Of a DNA stretch of 64,000 nt, positions 1-11,767 are shown in pieces. The notes beneath the pieces were generated by a model. That model was not told the DNA's origin. It was given only the letters and a program-made list of their open reading frames with translations, and did not search any database. Numbering within the stretch: position 1 is the first letter of the stretch; each line of letters opens with the position of its first letter. The translations under genes and the position numbers were made by a program. Origin of the DNA: Octopus bimaculoides (taxonomy: Eukaryota); NCBI RefSeq assembly GCF_001194135.2, contig NC_068990.1, forward strand, positions 60,819,599 to 60,883,598, in the 5' to 3' direction.

Positions 1-770
1 AGCCTGCAGTTTTCTTCCAAGCATTGGATTGACATTTTCCTCCTAGTCAATATTGTAAGTTAGGCACGCTGTTAAATTTCCAAATTCTACCACACCTAAT
101 TTAGATGATAATATAACCAGTATTAAGAATAAGGAATTAAGCAAAATGAAAAATCATGCAATTTATTCTAATTATTACAGTAGCTTATCTGACTGTAGCT
201 CCTCTGTTAGTAATGCATCTTGATCAAACATGATTCTGATCATACTGATTCTGTGCCTCTTCCAATCTATAATTTTAGTAACCGTACAACTAATGATTCT
301 TCACTTGATAATAAACCCAATAGTAACTGTGACTGTAGGAATTGATATAAATGTATTTTGTGTAAATAGTGCCTAAAAAAAAAAAAAAATTTTGTATATA
401 AATGTTCTGTTCAGACACCCAATAAAGTATGTTACTATATCAGTGTTACAGTGTCAGAATTCAAATCAAGATGGAATAATCACATACATTCTTTCAATAA
501 TAAGCATGAGTTATTTAATAAATTAATAATAAAACATATTTGGGACATTAATGATAGAAATAGTAATTACTTTGGTCCATGGGTCAATTATACATACTGC
601 ACCTCTGTACAATGTGGGTGGGATGATCATAATTTATGTTTCACGGAAGCACTTGAAATCCTAAGTTGTAAGTCTGGACTAATTACTAAATATAATGAGT
701 TATTAATTGATTGTTCATGCCAGTTTATTAAAACCTTTTTAAATATTTTATTTAATTAACTTAAATTAAA
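1..770 (+). mobile_element. Penelope-like element 3' remnant (RT-EN linker plus GIY-YIG endonuclease), degenerate
   Basis: Translations HFPPS..RHAVKFPNSTTPNLDDNITS (about 33-120), CDCRN..C..K..VYKCSV (about 325-410) and YYISVTVSEFKSRWNNHIHSF..KHIW..NLCFTEALEIL..NELL..C follow the PLE GIY-YIG C-terminal pattern; stops and frameshifts present. Confidence 0.85.
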
Positions 771-884
771 TTATATAAAATTATCATATTATTACTGTCA
801 TTCTTTTCTGAAATCAGTGCTGACTGAGGCATTTGCCTGGATTTCATGAATCCTCCATTATTTGATATACATACATACATACAT

Positions 885-1219
885 GCATGCAGGTTGCCAG
901 CTTGCTCGATGGCAAGTGGGCCCCTGTGCCATTACAATCCATATATAGAGGCCCATGTTAGTATCTAAGGAGCCCATCGCCTCAAGTTTGAGAATTTTTT
1001 TATTCACTCCTGGAAGAATGCATTAATTATTTCTGCTTGGCTGTGTTTGTAGACAGTTGAAAAGAATACTTTTAGCAAAAAAAAAAAAAAAAGAAATAAA
1101 TGATAGCATTGTAGTTTGCAGGTGGGCCCCCTTGTAATTGTGGGTGGGCCCCCTTGTAGTTGCGGGTGGAGACCCTTAGTCTCCTGGCAACCAATATTTT
1201 TTGACCCAGTCCACCACTG
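885..1219 (-). mobile_element. hAT-like non-autonomous element with subterminal GGGCCC repeats
   Basis: Minus-strand end CAGTGGTGGACTGGG (1219); inverted GGTTGCCAG/CTGGCAACC at 892-900 and 1184-1192; three ~22-bp units ttgtagttgcgggtgggccccc at about 1109-1176. Confidence 0.45.
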
Positions 1220-1223
1220 TGTG

Positions 1224-1254
<31 letters not shown>

Positions 1255-1288
1255 ATATATTTACAATTTATTTTGTTTTGGATTTACA

Positions 1289-1329
<41 letters not shown>

Positions 1330-1406
1330 AGGTAAAGTAAATGTTAGATGTAATACTTGACAATTGTAAGCACCAGTGTATGCCAGCTCGTGGTTGAGGT
1401 GAATGA

Positions 1407-1495
1407 ATAAATTGTAAATGCAAAAATAAAAACAAAAACACAAAAAGGATTCTGCGGTACGTGTTTTTGTTTTTATTTTTGCATTTATAATTTAT
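1407..1495. repeat. 35-bp inverted repeat (34/35 match) with 19-nt spacer
   Basis: 1407-1441 ataaattgtaaatgcaaaaataaaaacaaaaacac is the reverse complement of 1461-1495 except at one position (G-U in RNA). Confidence 0.9.
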
Positions 1496-1517
1496 ATATA
1501 TATATATATATATATAC

Positions 1518-1549
<32 letters not shown>

Positions 1550-3714
1550 TTCTATGCATATATACATATATATTTGTGTATCTTATGTATGTATGTCTAT
1601 AATTGCTTAGAGAGAGATAGAGAGGGAGATAGAGAAGGAGAGAGACGTGTGTATACTGTCAGAAAAATATACATATCAGCAAAAGGTAGCTCTTGGTATT
1701 TATTCTGCTCTTGTTGAAAAGCTACTTTCTACCCTCTTTTGTCTCTTCTCCTGTCAGTCATCAGAAATGCAGTGAACCACAGATTGACCTGTTTGAAAAT
1801 AATGACGCTATTGTTCACAAATGCATATTTCAAATAAATAAAGTATTGATGTATTTGAGTAAGTTAAAAGTTGGTGATGGTACACATTGCTTAGGATATC
1901 AGTTTTTTGCACATGTAGGTCTGGCAGTGATAAAAGAATAGTAGATTTAGTGAATTTGTAGTAAAAGTACAATGGATTTGAGGAACTTAGCAGCTGAATA
2001 ACCTAAGAAATGATGCCAGATTAGCAAAAGATTGGACCAGAAGTAATGTGTTTGTGTTGAGAGTGGAACAGGTGTAAAAGAAAAATTTATGCTCGGAAGT
2101 TGTGAAAATTTGTTAAGAAATATATATAGTAATCAATAAAGGAAGCAAGATTTAGTTTAATTAAACACTATAATAGATTTCCACAGCTGACACACATTAG
2201 AACCATTGCAGTTATAACGGTAATGTATATTTACAAATAAGAGAAGAAAATATTTAGGATAGACTGCTTTTAATGAGAAGTCATAAATTTAACTACAGAT
2301 TTAGTGAAATGTACTCTGAATGTGGTGTTAAGTATTTCGAAGACATGAACTTGCTGAATTTTGTGTAGGTTATCAATGTTATTATATTGGGTATTAAATA
2401 ATAAAATGACACCCCTAAAACCAGATTTGTTCTATTGTAAAAATTGTTTCCAGTATACACACACACACACACACATATATTTCCCTATCAGTATTTGATG
2501 TAGAGCCAATATTTCATTTCCTATGGCTTAGAAAAGCAGCTGCTTGCATTTTTTCATTGTATTATAATTAATGTTTCTGCCTGAGGGAATGTAGTGAAAA
2601 AAAAAAAAAAAGATAACTTTCTGATTTTATCAAGATTCAAATAAACTTGCTTTTTTCTGAAACTCTAAATCAACTATAAACAACTTAAGGTATAAATTAA
2701 AAAGAAATGGTATAATGCAAATGTATATTCATAGAAATTCACAAACAATATTTAACTCTGCAGCACTTAGTAAAAATTTTCTTTACCTAAGAAACATTGA
2801 TTTTGTTTTGACAATGTTAATATTAGAAAAGCCAGCAATTAATTTTCTCTATTTTAGGAATTCTTAACATTTTCTCTCAAATGTTCAAGAAAAAACAAAA
2901 CAAAACAACATAATTTAATTAATTTAACAGTTATAAAAATACCAATAATTCAATAATAATAATAATAATAACAACAACAACTACGACAATAACAGCAACA
3001 GCAACTACAACACCATGGACAATAATGAAAATCTTTTCTTTATTAGCCACAAGAGCTTGCAGAGATACAAATAAATATGAAACTTTTACTTGGGGTTACC
3101 ATAACAGAAAGGATAACATGGCGAGTGAAAAAAGAAACATGTTTGAAATTATTAAGAGAGTGAGTAATAGATGTAATACAATATGTGGAAGGACATACAC
3201 AGACATATATACATACATATACACATATGCATACATGAACTCATATACATCTCTGTGTATATATATATGTCTTACATTGTGTTCAAATGCATTCAAATGC
3301 ACCATGAACACTTTTTTTGAAACCTGTGTTTTAAAAAGTGCCAACATTTTGAATGTATTCATTTTTAAGTTTGATATAATGTTTTAATTTTCATAGTAAT
3401 CTATCGTTTGCATGTATTTATATTCTGAAGCTAATTGTTTTCCTGTCATAACTTTTACTGAAAATTGTTGGTACCACAGATGCATAATTTTGTCTCTTAA
3501 TTTTGTCTGCTTGATTTTTGAAGGATGTTGATTCTTAGTTTATCTTATTGTTGATAAGTAAGGAGATTATAGTGACAGATTGTCCCATTAGTTCCTTAAT
3601 GTTAAATCTCTTATAAATAGCCATAACCACAAATAATGACAGGCCAGGTGGGAATTAATTACTGTACTAGGTTGGTTGGAATTTTTGTTAATGAATTTTA
3701 GACTCTTGCTAAGT

Positions 3715-3860
3715 TAGCCCAATGTCATTAAGCTCATCATTAAAAGTGTTTCGTTTACAATATCTAAACTTTCTGCTAATGAGAATTCCTCTCAAAATGC
3801 AAACTACTATAATGCAGCTTTAGCAAGGATTAGGTATACCAAAAGATTTGGCACATCCTA
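3715..3860 (+). mobile_element. Penelope-like RT C-terminal/thumb remnant
   Basis: S*PNVIKLIIKSVSFTISKLSANENSSQNANYYNAALARIRY resembles the PLE segment SNHPPxxxKxIxxSIxxRISxxSxNExxFxxxxxYYxxALxxxGY. Confidence 0.55.
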
Positions 3861-4302
3861 GACAACAATACTTTATAAATGTGTAAGGATTACCAGGCTA
3901 TGTTTACAAGTGTATGCACGTTGTAATACAACTAATGTGGAAAATTTTTGCTTTTACAATAAAACTAACAAAGGCCAGAATATTATTATAATCACATGCT
4001 CACATCTGGACAAACTACTATCATAGATAATCAAAAGCACTACAAGGATATAATACCCCTTACAGGCAATAACAGGAATTATACTCCAATTTCCCTTAAA
4101 AGTGCTAATGTGAACCTGGATAACATAGATAATAAGCTCCAACTTGTAAGAAATTGATTTCAAATTTTGGCACAAAGCCAGTAATTTTGAAGAAGGGTTT
4201 AAGTCAAACCATCCAACACATACCAGCATGGCAAACAGACGTTAAATGATGATGATGATGTATATATGTATATATATATATGTATATGTATGTGTATGTG
4301 TA

Positions 4303-4350
<48 letters not shown>

Positions 4351-4353
<3 letters not shown>

Positions 4354-4945
4354 GGTGTGGTGAATAAACTGTTGTCTAAATTACGCAAAAATGAAAATAA
4401 CACTGATATTTCATTTTAACATGTATTTACCAAAATTACATAAAGATATCTTGAAATACTAAAGAGTAAATTTATTCAATAAAATCGCCATTGGCTTCAA
4501 CTATGGCCACCAGACAACTTCAGAATCTCCTGCAACTCTGCTGGACAGTCTCCTTGATTAAGTTGGTGAATGCTGCCATAATCCTTGCCTTCAGTTCATC
4601 TTTGGTGTTACAAGGAGTTTTGTTGGGCTCTTGCTCAACTGCGCCCCACACATAATAATCAATGTTGACTGGATGTTTGATTTTTATCTATCTTGGCACA
4701 TGTCCTCAGATTGACACCCAAACACTCTGAAATGTTTGTATTAGAGCTTCTGATGTTAATGCCAAGTAGTACAGCATATCATTTTGAAATTTCTGTCAGA
4801 GTGAATTGCATCATTGTGCTGTTTTTCTCGCAGACAGTGCCCAACCAACCCTACTATACTGTGTAGTTGAGAAAATCAAAAACAAACAATGCATTTGCAC
4901 GAAATTAAAAATATAGAATGGTAACAATTTACCCAGCACACCCTG
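4351..4945 (-). mobile_element. Internally deleted Tc1/mariner-superfamily element
   Basis: TIRs CAGGGTGTGGTGAATAAACTG (4351) and CAGGGTGTGCTGGGTAAATTG (rc, 4945), 17/21 match, TA on the left. Minus strand has an N-terminal scrap MQFTLTEISK.. fused to the transposase C-terminus VWGAVEQEPNKTPCNTKDELKARIMAAFTNLIKETVQQSCRRF*SCLVAIVEANGDFIE*. Confidence 0.88.
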
Positions 4946-5139
4946 AATACACACACACACACGCACTGAAGGAGAGAGAGAGAGAATTGAAGTATAAACA
5001 TAAAAAAATAAATCCACTGTAATTAATAGCTCAATTAATTACAGTTTGTTAAAGTCCAACCCATTATAACATTGTAAATCAAAGTAGGGCCAGCTTGCTT
5101 GTATATACATAATTGACTGAAATTATCTTTATAAGCAGC

Positions 5140-6450
5140 ATATTTAAAATTGAATGGGAGAAAGAGAGTCTGCTGAATGCCGACCCAACAGAGGGACCAG
5201 CTATCCGAATTGACAGTACCTTGGTAGATAAAGCAATTAAGGGTATGAAGACAGGGAAAGCCCTGACCCATCAGGAATCACTGCAGAGATGCTCAAAATA
5301 TCTGGCAGTGTCGGCTATAGCCTAGTCACTGGTATAGTTAACCAGGTGATACACGAAGGAGTCATACCCAATGACTAGTGTAGCAGCACCATAGTCAACT
5401 TCTACAAAGGTAAAGGTGATTCTTTAGATACAAATAATTACAGAGGTATCAAGTTGTTGGATCAGGTAATGAAGGTCATGGAGAGGGTCACAGCCCAATT
5501 AATTAGGGAGAGAGTCAGTCTAGATGAGATGCAGTTTGGGTTTGTGCCAGGGAAAAGCACCACTGATGCTATATTCCTGGTAAGACAGCTGCAAGAGAAA
5601 TACCTAGCTAAAGATAAACCTCTGTTCCTGGCTTTCGTTGACATGGAGAAAGCCTTTGACAGGGTCTCCTGATTCTTTATCTGGTAGTCAATGAAGAAAC
5701 TAGGGATAGATGAATGGTTAGTGAGAGCGGTGCAAGCCATGTACAGGGATGCTGTCAGTAAGGTGAGGGTTGGCAGTGAAGAATTCTGGGTAGGGGTAGG
5801 AGTCCACTAAAGATCAGTGCTCAGCCCGCTCTTATTCATCATAGTCCTCCAGGCAATAACTGAGGAATTCAAGATAGGATGCCCCTGAGAGCTCCTCTAT
5901 GCTGATGACCTTGCTCTGATTGCTGAGTCACTTTCAGAAGTAGAGAAGTTTCAGGTGTGGAAGTAAGGATTAGAATTGAAGGGCCTTAGAGTCAACCTAG
6001 CTAAAACCAAAGTCTTAGTAAATAGGAAGGCAGACAAACCACAAATCTCTTCAGGTAGATGACTCTGCTTGATCTGTAGAAAATCTGTAGGTGGAAACTC
6101 CATAAGATGTACCCAGTGTAAGCTATGAACATATAAGAGGTGCAGCAATATCAAAGGAAGGCTAACTGGGAAGATAGTTTTTGTATGTGGCAAATGCTCA
6201 GGTGCTTTAAACACTGAAAACGTGCAGAGAACAGCTTTTGTCACATTCCAGGGAAGTAATTCATAGCTTCCATTACCTAGGTGACCAAGTTAGTAGCAGG
6301 GGTGGATACCTCTTCTGGTGACGAAGGGCCTCTCGCTCAGAATAAAAAGTAGACTGTATTACGCATGTGTACGAACAGCCATGCTACATGGCAGTGAAAC
6401 ATGGGCCGTGACTGCTGAGGACATGCACAAGCTTACAAGAAATGGAGCCA
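5140..6450 (+). mobile_element. RTE-clade LINE reverse transcriptase fragment, degenerate
   Basis: NYRGIKLLDQVMKVMERV..QFGFVPGKSTTDAIFLVRQLQEKYLAK.KPLFLAFVDMEKAFDRV, ELLYADDL and VRTAMLHGSETW; several stops and frameshifts; Cys-rich insert at about 6060-6200. Confidence 0.95.
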
Positions 6451-6514
6451 GTGTGCAAGTGAAATCAAATCAAAATCGCTGATGCGGCCGATGACAGTAC
6501 CGCCTGATTGGTAC

Positions 6515-6795
6515 TCGTGCCAGTGGAACGTTAAAAGCATATCCGAGCATGATCGTTGCCAGGGCCATGGATTGTCTCCCATGCTGGTGGCATGTAAAAA
6601 GCACCATTCGAGCGTGATCATTGCCAGCGTTGCCTTACCGGCACAGGTGCTGGTGGCATGTGAAAAACAACATTCGAGCGTGGTCGTTGCCAGTGCTGCC
6701 AGACTGGCTCCCGTGCAGGTAGCACATAAAAAACATTTTTGAGTGTTGTCGTTGCCAGAACCACCCAACTGCCCCTTGTGCCAGTGGCATATTGT
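6515..6795 (+). repeat. ~64-bp diverged tandem minisatellite, about 4.5 units
   Basis: Recurring gtggcatgtaaaaagcaccattcgagcgtgatcgttgccag; related units on the opposite strand at 37700-38310. Confidence 0.8.
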
Positions 6796-8294
6796 CTCCA
6801 TGTGAGCAAAAATGGTGATGTTGTTTACATGAGATGTAAACAATATATTTTATAGCTTGGTGGTTTTATCCTATGAAAAGCAATGAAATAAAATGCTTTA
6901 TTTGAAAAATAAATAATGATTGGCAACAGAAAAAACATATGCAAAACAAATATTGTGTAAGGATTTCTCTTGTTGTCTTAAAGGATTGTTTTTCATGCAT
7001 TCCACAAGTAAATACATTACTTTTTGTTGCATGTATAGCACACTTTATCTGAAAGTTTTAGTCTAATCCAACAATAATAGTTTATCAACTCCTGGATCTT
7101 GTTTGTTAGACAGTATAATGTTTTGATATCATTCTTTGAAATCTGTGTCCATTCATGTTAGTATGGGAAACCAGATGTGTACAGTATGTTAATGATAATG
7201 ATGATGGTGCTGACAACAGCTGAGGGAAAATACCTGAAGAACGTATTTTACATAGGAAATACATATTGTAATGAACCAGTTGTGCAACCTTACATAAAAG
7301 ATTTACTGCTTCTCTAGACTGCTGCTAAATAATTCCTCCTCTAGAGATAACTTTCATGTGCCAGATGTACTGTGAGCGTTGAAAAGATGCTGTAGCAAAT
7401 ATTCTCAAACTTTTCTGTAGATGGACTTTAAGCTTTTAATATAGATTCAATTGTAAGTACATCTCTTTCTTTTACATTATTAAACTTTGGACTATATGTA
7501 GAAATTTCAATTTTCTTTCAACTAAATTAATCTAACCAGTCCTTTCAGTGAATGAATCTGATCCATTGTCTGATACTACTGTCATTGAAATGCCAAATCT
7601 ACAGAGGATAGAAAATGATTGTTTCCTTACACTTTCTAAGCTCCTACTGGAACATAAAAGGCTTCAATCTAAGTAATAACAAAATCAGCTATGATCAAAA
7701 TATTTTGAGCATTTTGCATGTGTCTACTCCAACGCATATATAATATTTTCCAACAATGTGATCCAGGTCACTCTATAGTACAAGGTTAGCCTTTGAATTT
7801 GATTTTAGTACACATTACATGATCTGATAAATGCTTCGGTGTTTGTTTTACACCACACCCCTGTGTATATCATAAATTGTGGAAAGGATTTTCATGTAAA
7901 TAAGATTCTGGAATAAATGGCCTGTTTTTATTATTTTTTAAGATCATTCTCTACAATCAGCTTACAAGAGTGTCTGGCAAATTGTTATAATAGATTTAGT
8001 CAAGACTAATCTTTTCAGCAATACGATTCTTTCTTAAGTTAACATAGAGTGTATATGTTTTAAAATGATTTTTGATGTCTTCAACAGTCCGAAACTCAAT
8101 AAAAAAGGAATTCTGCATTACTTATGCCAGAATGTAGTGTATTTGTGAAAAACGTTATTAAACTGATCTGAGCCTTCTGTAGTCTTCAAAAAACATTAAC
8201 ATGACTAATTGTTTTACCAGACTTGTGAATAATTTTGAATCCATATAATAAAATGAGGGTTCACCTTGTTATTGATTGAAAAGTTCATGAGAAC

Positions 8295-8692
8295 GGCACA
8301 GGAGTGGCTGTGTGGTAAGTAGCCTGCTTACCAACCACATGGTCCTGGGTTCATTCCTACTGTGTAGCATCTTGGGCAAGTGTCTTCTACTATAGCCTCG
8401 GGCTGACCAAAGCCTTGTGAGTGGATTTGGTAGACGGAAACTGAAAGAAGCCCATCGTATATATATATATATGTATATATGTATGTGTGTGTCTGTTTGT
8501 CCCCCCCCCCCCAACATCACTTGACAACCAATGCTGGTGTGTTTAGGTCCCCGTAACTTAGCGGTTCGGCAAAAGAGACCGATAGAATAAGTACTAGGCA
8601 TCCAAAGAATAAGTCCTGGGTTGATTTGCTCGACTAAAGGCGGTGCTCCAGCATGGCCGCAGTCAAATGACTGAAACAAGTAAAAAAAAAGA
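8295..8692 (+). mobile_element. tRNA-derived SINE family A, near full length, internal (TA)/(TG) microsatellite
   Basis: A-box-like TGGCTGTGTGG, B-box-like GGTTCATTCC, then ccttgggcaagtgtcttctactatagcc, microsatellite and a conserved 3' half; about 10 related copies in the window. Confidence 0.9.
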
Positions 8693-10745
8693 GAAATTCA
8701 AGTTCCATTGAAATTATGCAATGATTGACGTCCAGTTTATAGTGTGAGATGTTTCTGGAATAAAACATACCTCAATGTTCAAAGCATTTTACAATTGTGT
8801 AGGCTTTACATTCAATATTGATCCAATTTTTCTGAGTACTAACAGTTGTATGCCTAATATTTACTACAAGCTTTCCTTTGTGGGACATTATTTTTGTTCT
8901 TGCAAACTCAGAAGCATCAACACCAAGAGTTGTTTCACAATGACTAAGAAATGAAGACAAAACAGTATATTGTGTAAGAAATATTTGTCATCTTAAAGAA
9001 ATGTTCTTGATGTATTCTCCAAAAAGAGACATTTCTTTTTTTCGCATGGAAAGGGCTATCTATATCTGCAAGTTTTAACCAAAAGTAATAGTTTATCAAC
9101 TCCTGGATCTTGTCTACTGGATGGTATAATGATTTGATATCATTCTTTGAAATCTGGATTAACTGATATACTGGATCCTTTCAATCTAGCAATTCCTGTA
9201 TTTTCTCAGTTCTTGAATTTATTCTGAATGGCTACAAAGATGAATATAGTATAGTGATAGATAATTATGCCATTAATCCCATTGACTATAGACTGCATGA
9301 TACTGGGAAATGGAGCTGCTGTTTCTAAAACCCATCAGTCAATCATCTAAGTAAAAACTTACATTTACTATACACTGGCCATTAAAGCCCTCATGAAAAC
9401 CAGTCCACCAATATGTACTTGTTAAGACAATTGAAGAAAGAAAACTTTACTCCTTGTACACCAGTGGGTAGTTTTTGAAAATGAGAAAAAGTTTGAATCT
9501 TGTGATTTGTATGTACTTGGTAATTGGCAGACATTCTTATTTTACCATCTTTCTTTTGCACGAAAACAATTGCTGATGCATTGTTGACATCAAATGGTTC
9601 TAGAGTTATAATAATAGAGAAGCTTTTTAATTAAGAATGCCATTAACAAAATTGCATAGAAAACCACAATAAGATTTGATTATCAAATGAATTTATCATA
9701 TCTTCAAAATGCTTTCCTGTTTATTAAAACAATACGCAATTTAGATAATTTTAAAATCTGTTCCTTTATAGAACATCAGTTGTTGTTTCTTTGCATTAAA
9801 ACATCTTTTAGCATCCCCAAATTTTTTTTCTACATGCCTGGCAAACAACAAATTATAAGTTTAGAGATCCCAAACATTTTTAAACCACCAGTAGTACTTA
9901 AACCATTGTTTGCTGTAAATGACACACTCCTAGTATGTACTAATAGACCCAGGTACATCGATAACACAAAAGAATGCTACTACTATTTGAAAAACAGTCT
10001 TCTTCCTATCCAGTCTAAACAAACATGAAATGCACATATCAAAAAAGATGTAGGATCAATGGGTGCACCAATTCCAGTTTTGGTAAAGAGTTATCAAGCA
10101 ATTCTGTACCCTCCCCATTTTTTTTGCAGCTATCATTAGAAACTGATATCAGTACAAAATATGGCAGTGTGAAGAATATGATCCTGAAACTATGGAACAC
10201 AGCATATCCAGAATGCTAGATCTGTGACTCTGAACATGTAATTGCCTACCTCATGACCATACATCTATTAAAGTAAAGTTGTCTGTAGCTTAATTACTGC
10301 TAGTTCAGTATGAAGATTGATTCAAAGAAAGTAATCTCCGCTTAGTTCCTGCCAGCGCCGATAAATATCCATTAAACTAACCACAGTAATAAAAAAAAAA
10401 AATGCAAAATACAATTTCATATTTTAATTTTAAAGACAATAAATACTGGTCACACAATAAATGAAACATTTCACATACAAATGATGTAGGTAACTAATAA
10501 TTCTGAAATTGATATTCTAAAAACTATTTTCCCCTTTATTTTGCAACATCAATGCTTCTTGAATAGCTTCTTTGTATTATATAGTAAATGTAGAACAACT
10601 TCAAAAAATAAGAAGTCAGTATAATCCAGTATATTTTAGAGTGGATTTGAGAATTCAAGTTAATAGAAACAATATAAAATAGGCAGCTACAGATTAAACA
10701 TATCAAACATTAACTGCATGTGAAGAAATTTGGTGGTTAGAATAA

Positions 10746-10974
10746 TTAACCTTTTAACATTCAGATTGCTCTGTCAAATGTAATGATTATTTATGCACAT
10801 TCATATGATTTAATAATGCATTACCTTGTTGCTTTGAGATCTCAATGATGTGATTATTTATTTTAAGAATAATATTGTAGGGTTAGTGTGAAAAGCCAGA
10901 TCTGGCCAGTTTAGAATATAAAATAGGTAGAATATTTTGGTTGGATATGGCCGGTTTATATGCTAAAGGATTTT
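10746..10974 (+). mobile_element. TTAA-flanked MITE (piggyBac-type ends)
   Basis: Starts ttaa-ccttttaacattcagatt; same family as 14991-15218, with a decayed right end. Confidence 0.75.
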
Positions 10975-11256
10975 ATATTATGAGCTAGTAACCTAGCAAG
11001 TTTGGGTACTGATATGTCTGCATGGGTTAGAAACTTGCCTCCCAATCATGTGGATTCTTGTTTAATCCTACAGTGTGGCATCTTATACAAGTATCTATTT
11101 CTATAGCTTCATGTCCAGCGGATTCTTATGAGTTAAATTATTGGAATCATATGGAAGTTAGTTAAAGACACTAAATACTTTTTCTTGAGTGGTAGGTCTA
11201 ATTTGGTACCCAGTTTAAAACCTCCACCTGGTACTTGGTACATTTTAGTAGATTAT

Positions 11257-11480
11257 TTAACCATTTAGCATTTAAACTAGCTATACCTGGTCCAAATATC
11301 CTGTTTTATGTTCAAAGTGACCAAGTCTAGTCTCTCACACCTGCCCTATTATAATGTCACTCTAATAATAACAATCCCATCATTCAGATCTGAAAGCTAT
11401 GAGGTAATACATGATTAATTGAAAACAATGTAAGAACAAGCATTAGATATGACAGAGCAATCTGAATGCTGAAGAGTTAA
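11257..11480 (-). mobile_element. TTAA-flanked MITE, opposite orientation
   Basis: ttaa-ccatttagcattt ... aatgctgaagag-ttaa; the internal sequence is the reverse complement of 10746-10974. Confidence 0.75.
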
Positions 11481-11734
11481 TGCCCTTCCTTCTACTACAA
11501 CTCATGAGTTGTGCTCTCTTCCATTTCCTCATTAGCCTCTCTCTTTTCCCTATATTGCTGTTACTCTGCAACTCAACTCTCCTTTCTGGATAACCAAGCT
11601 GTAAAAAAAGAAAAAAGCTATAAAACTTAGAAATAAGAAATATAAACTTATTTCATAATACTGCAAAGACTAGGATTACATATGTCATTGCAAATATAAA
11701 TATGAATAAATAAATATACATATATGTATGTATG

Positions 11735-11767
<33 letters not shown>

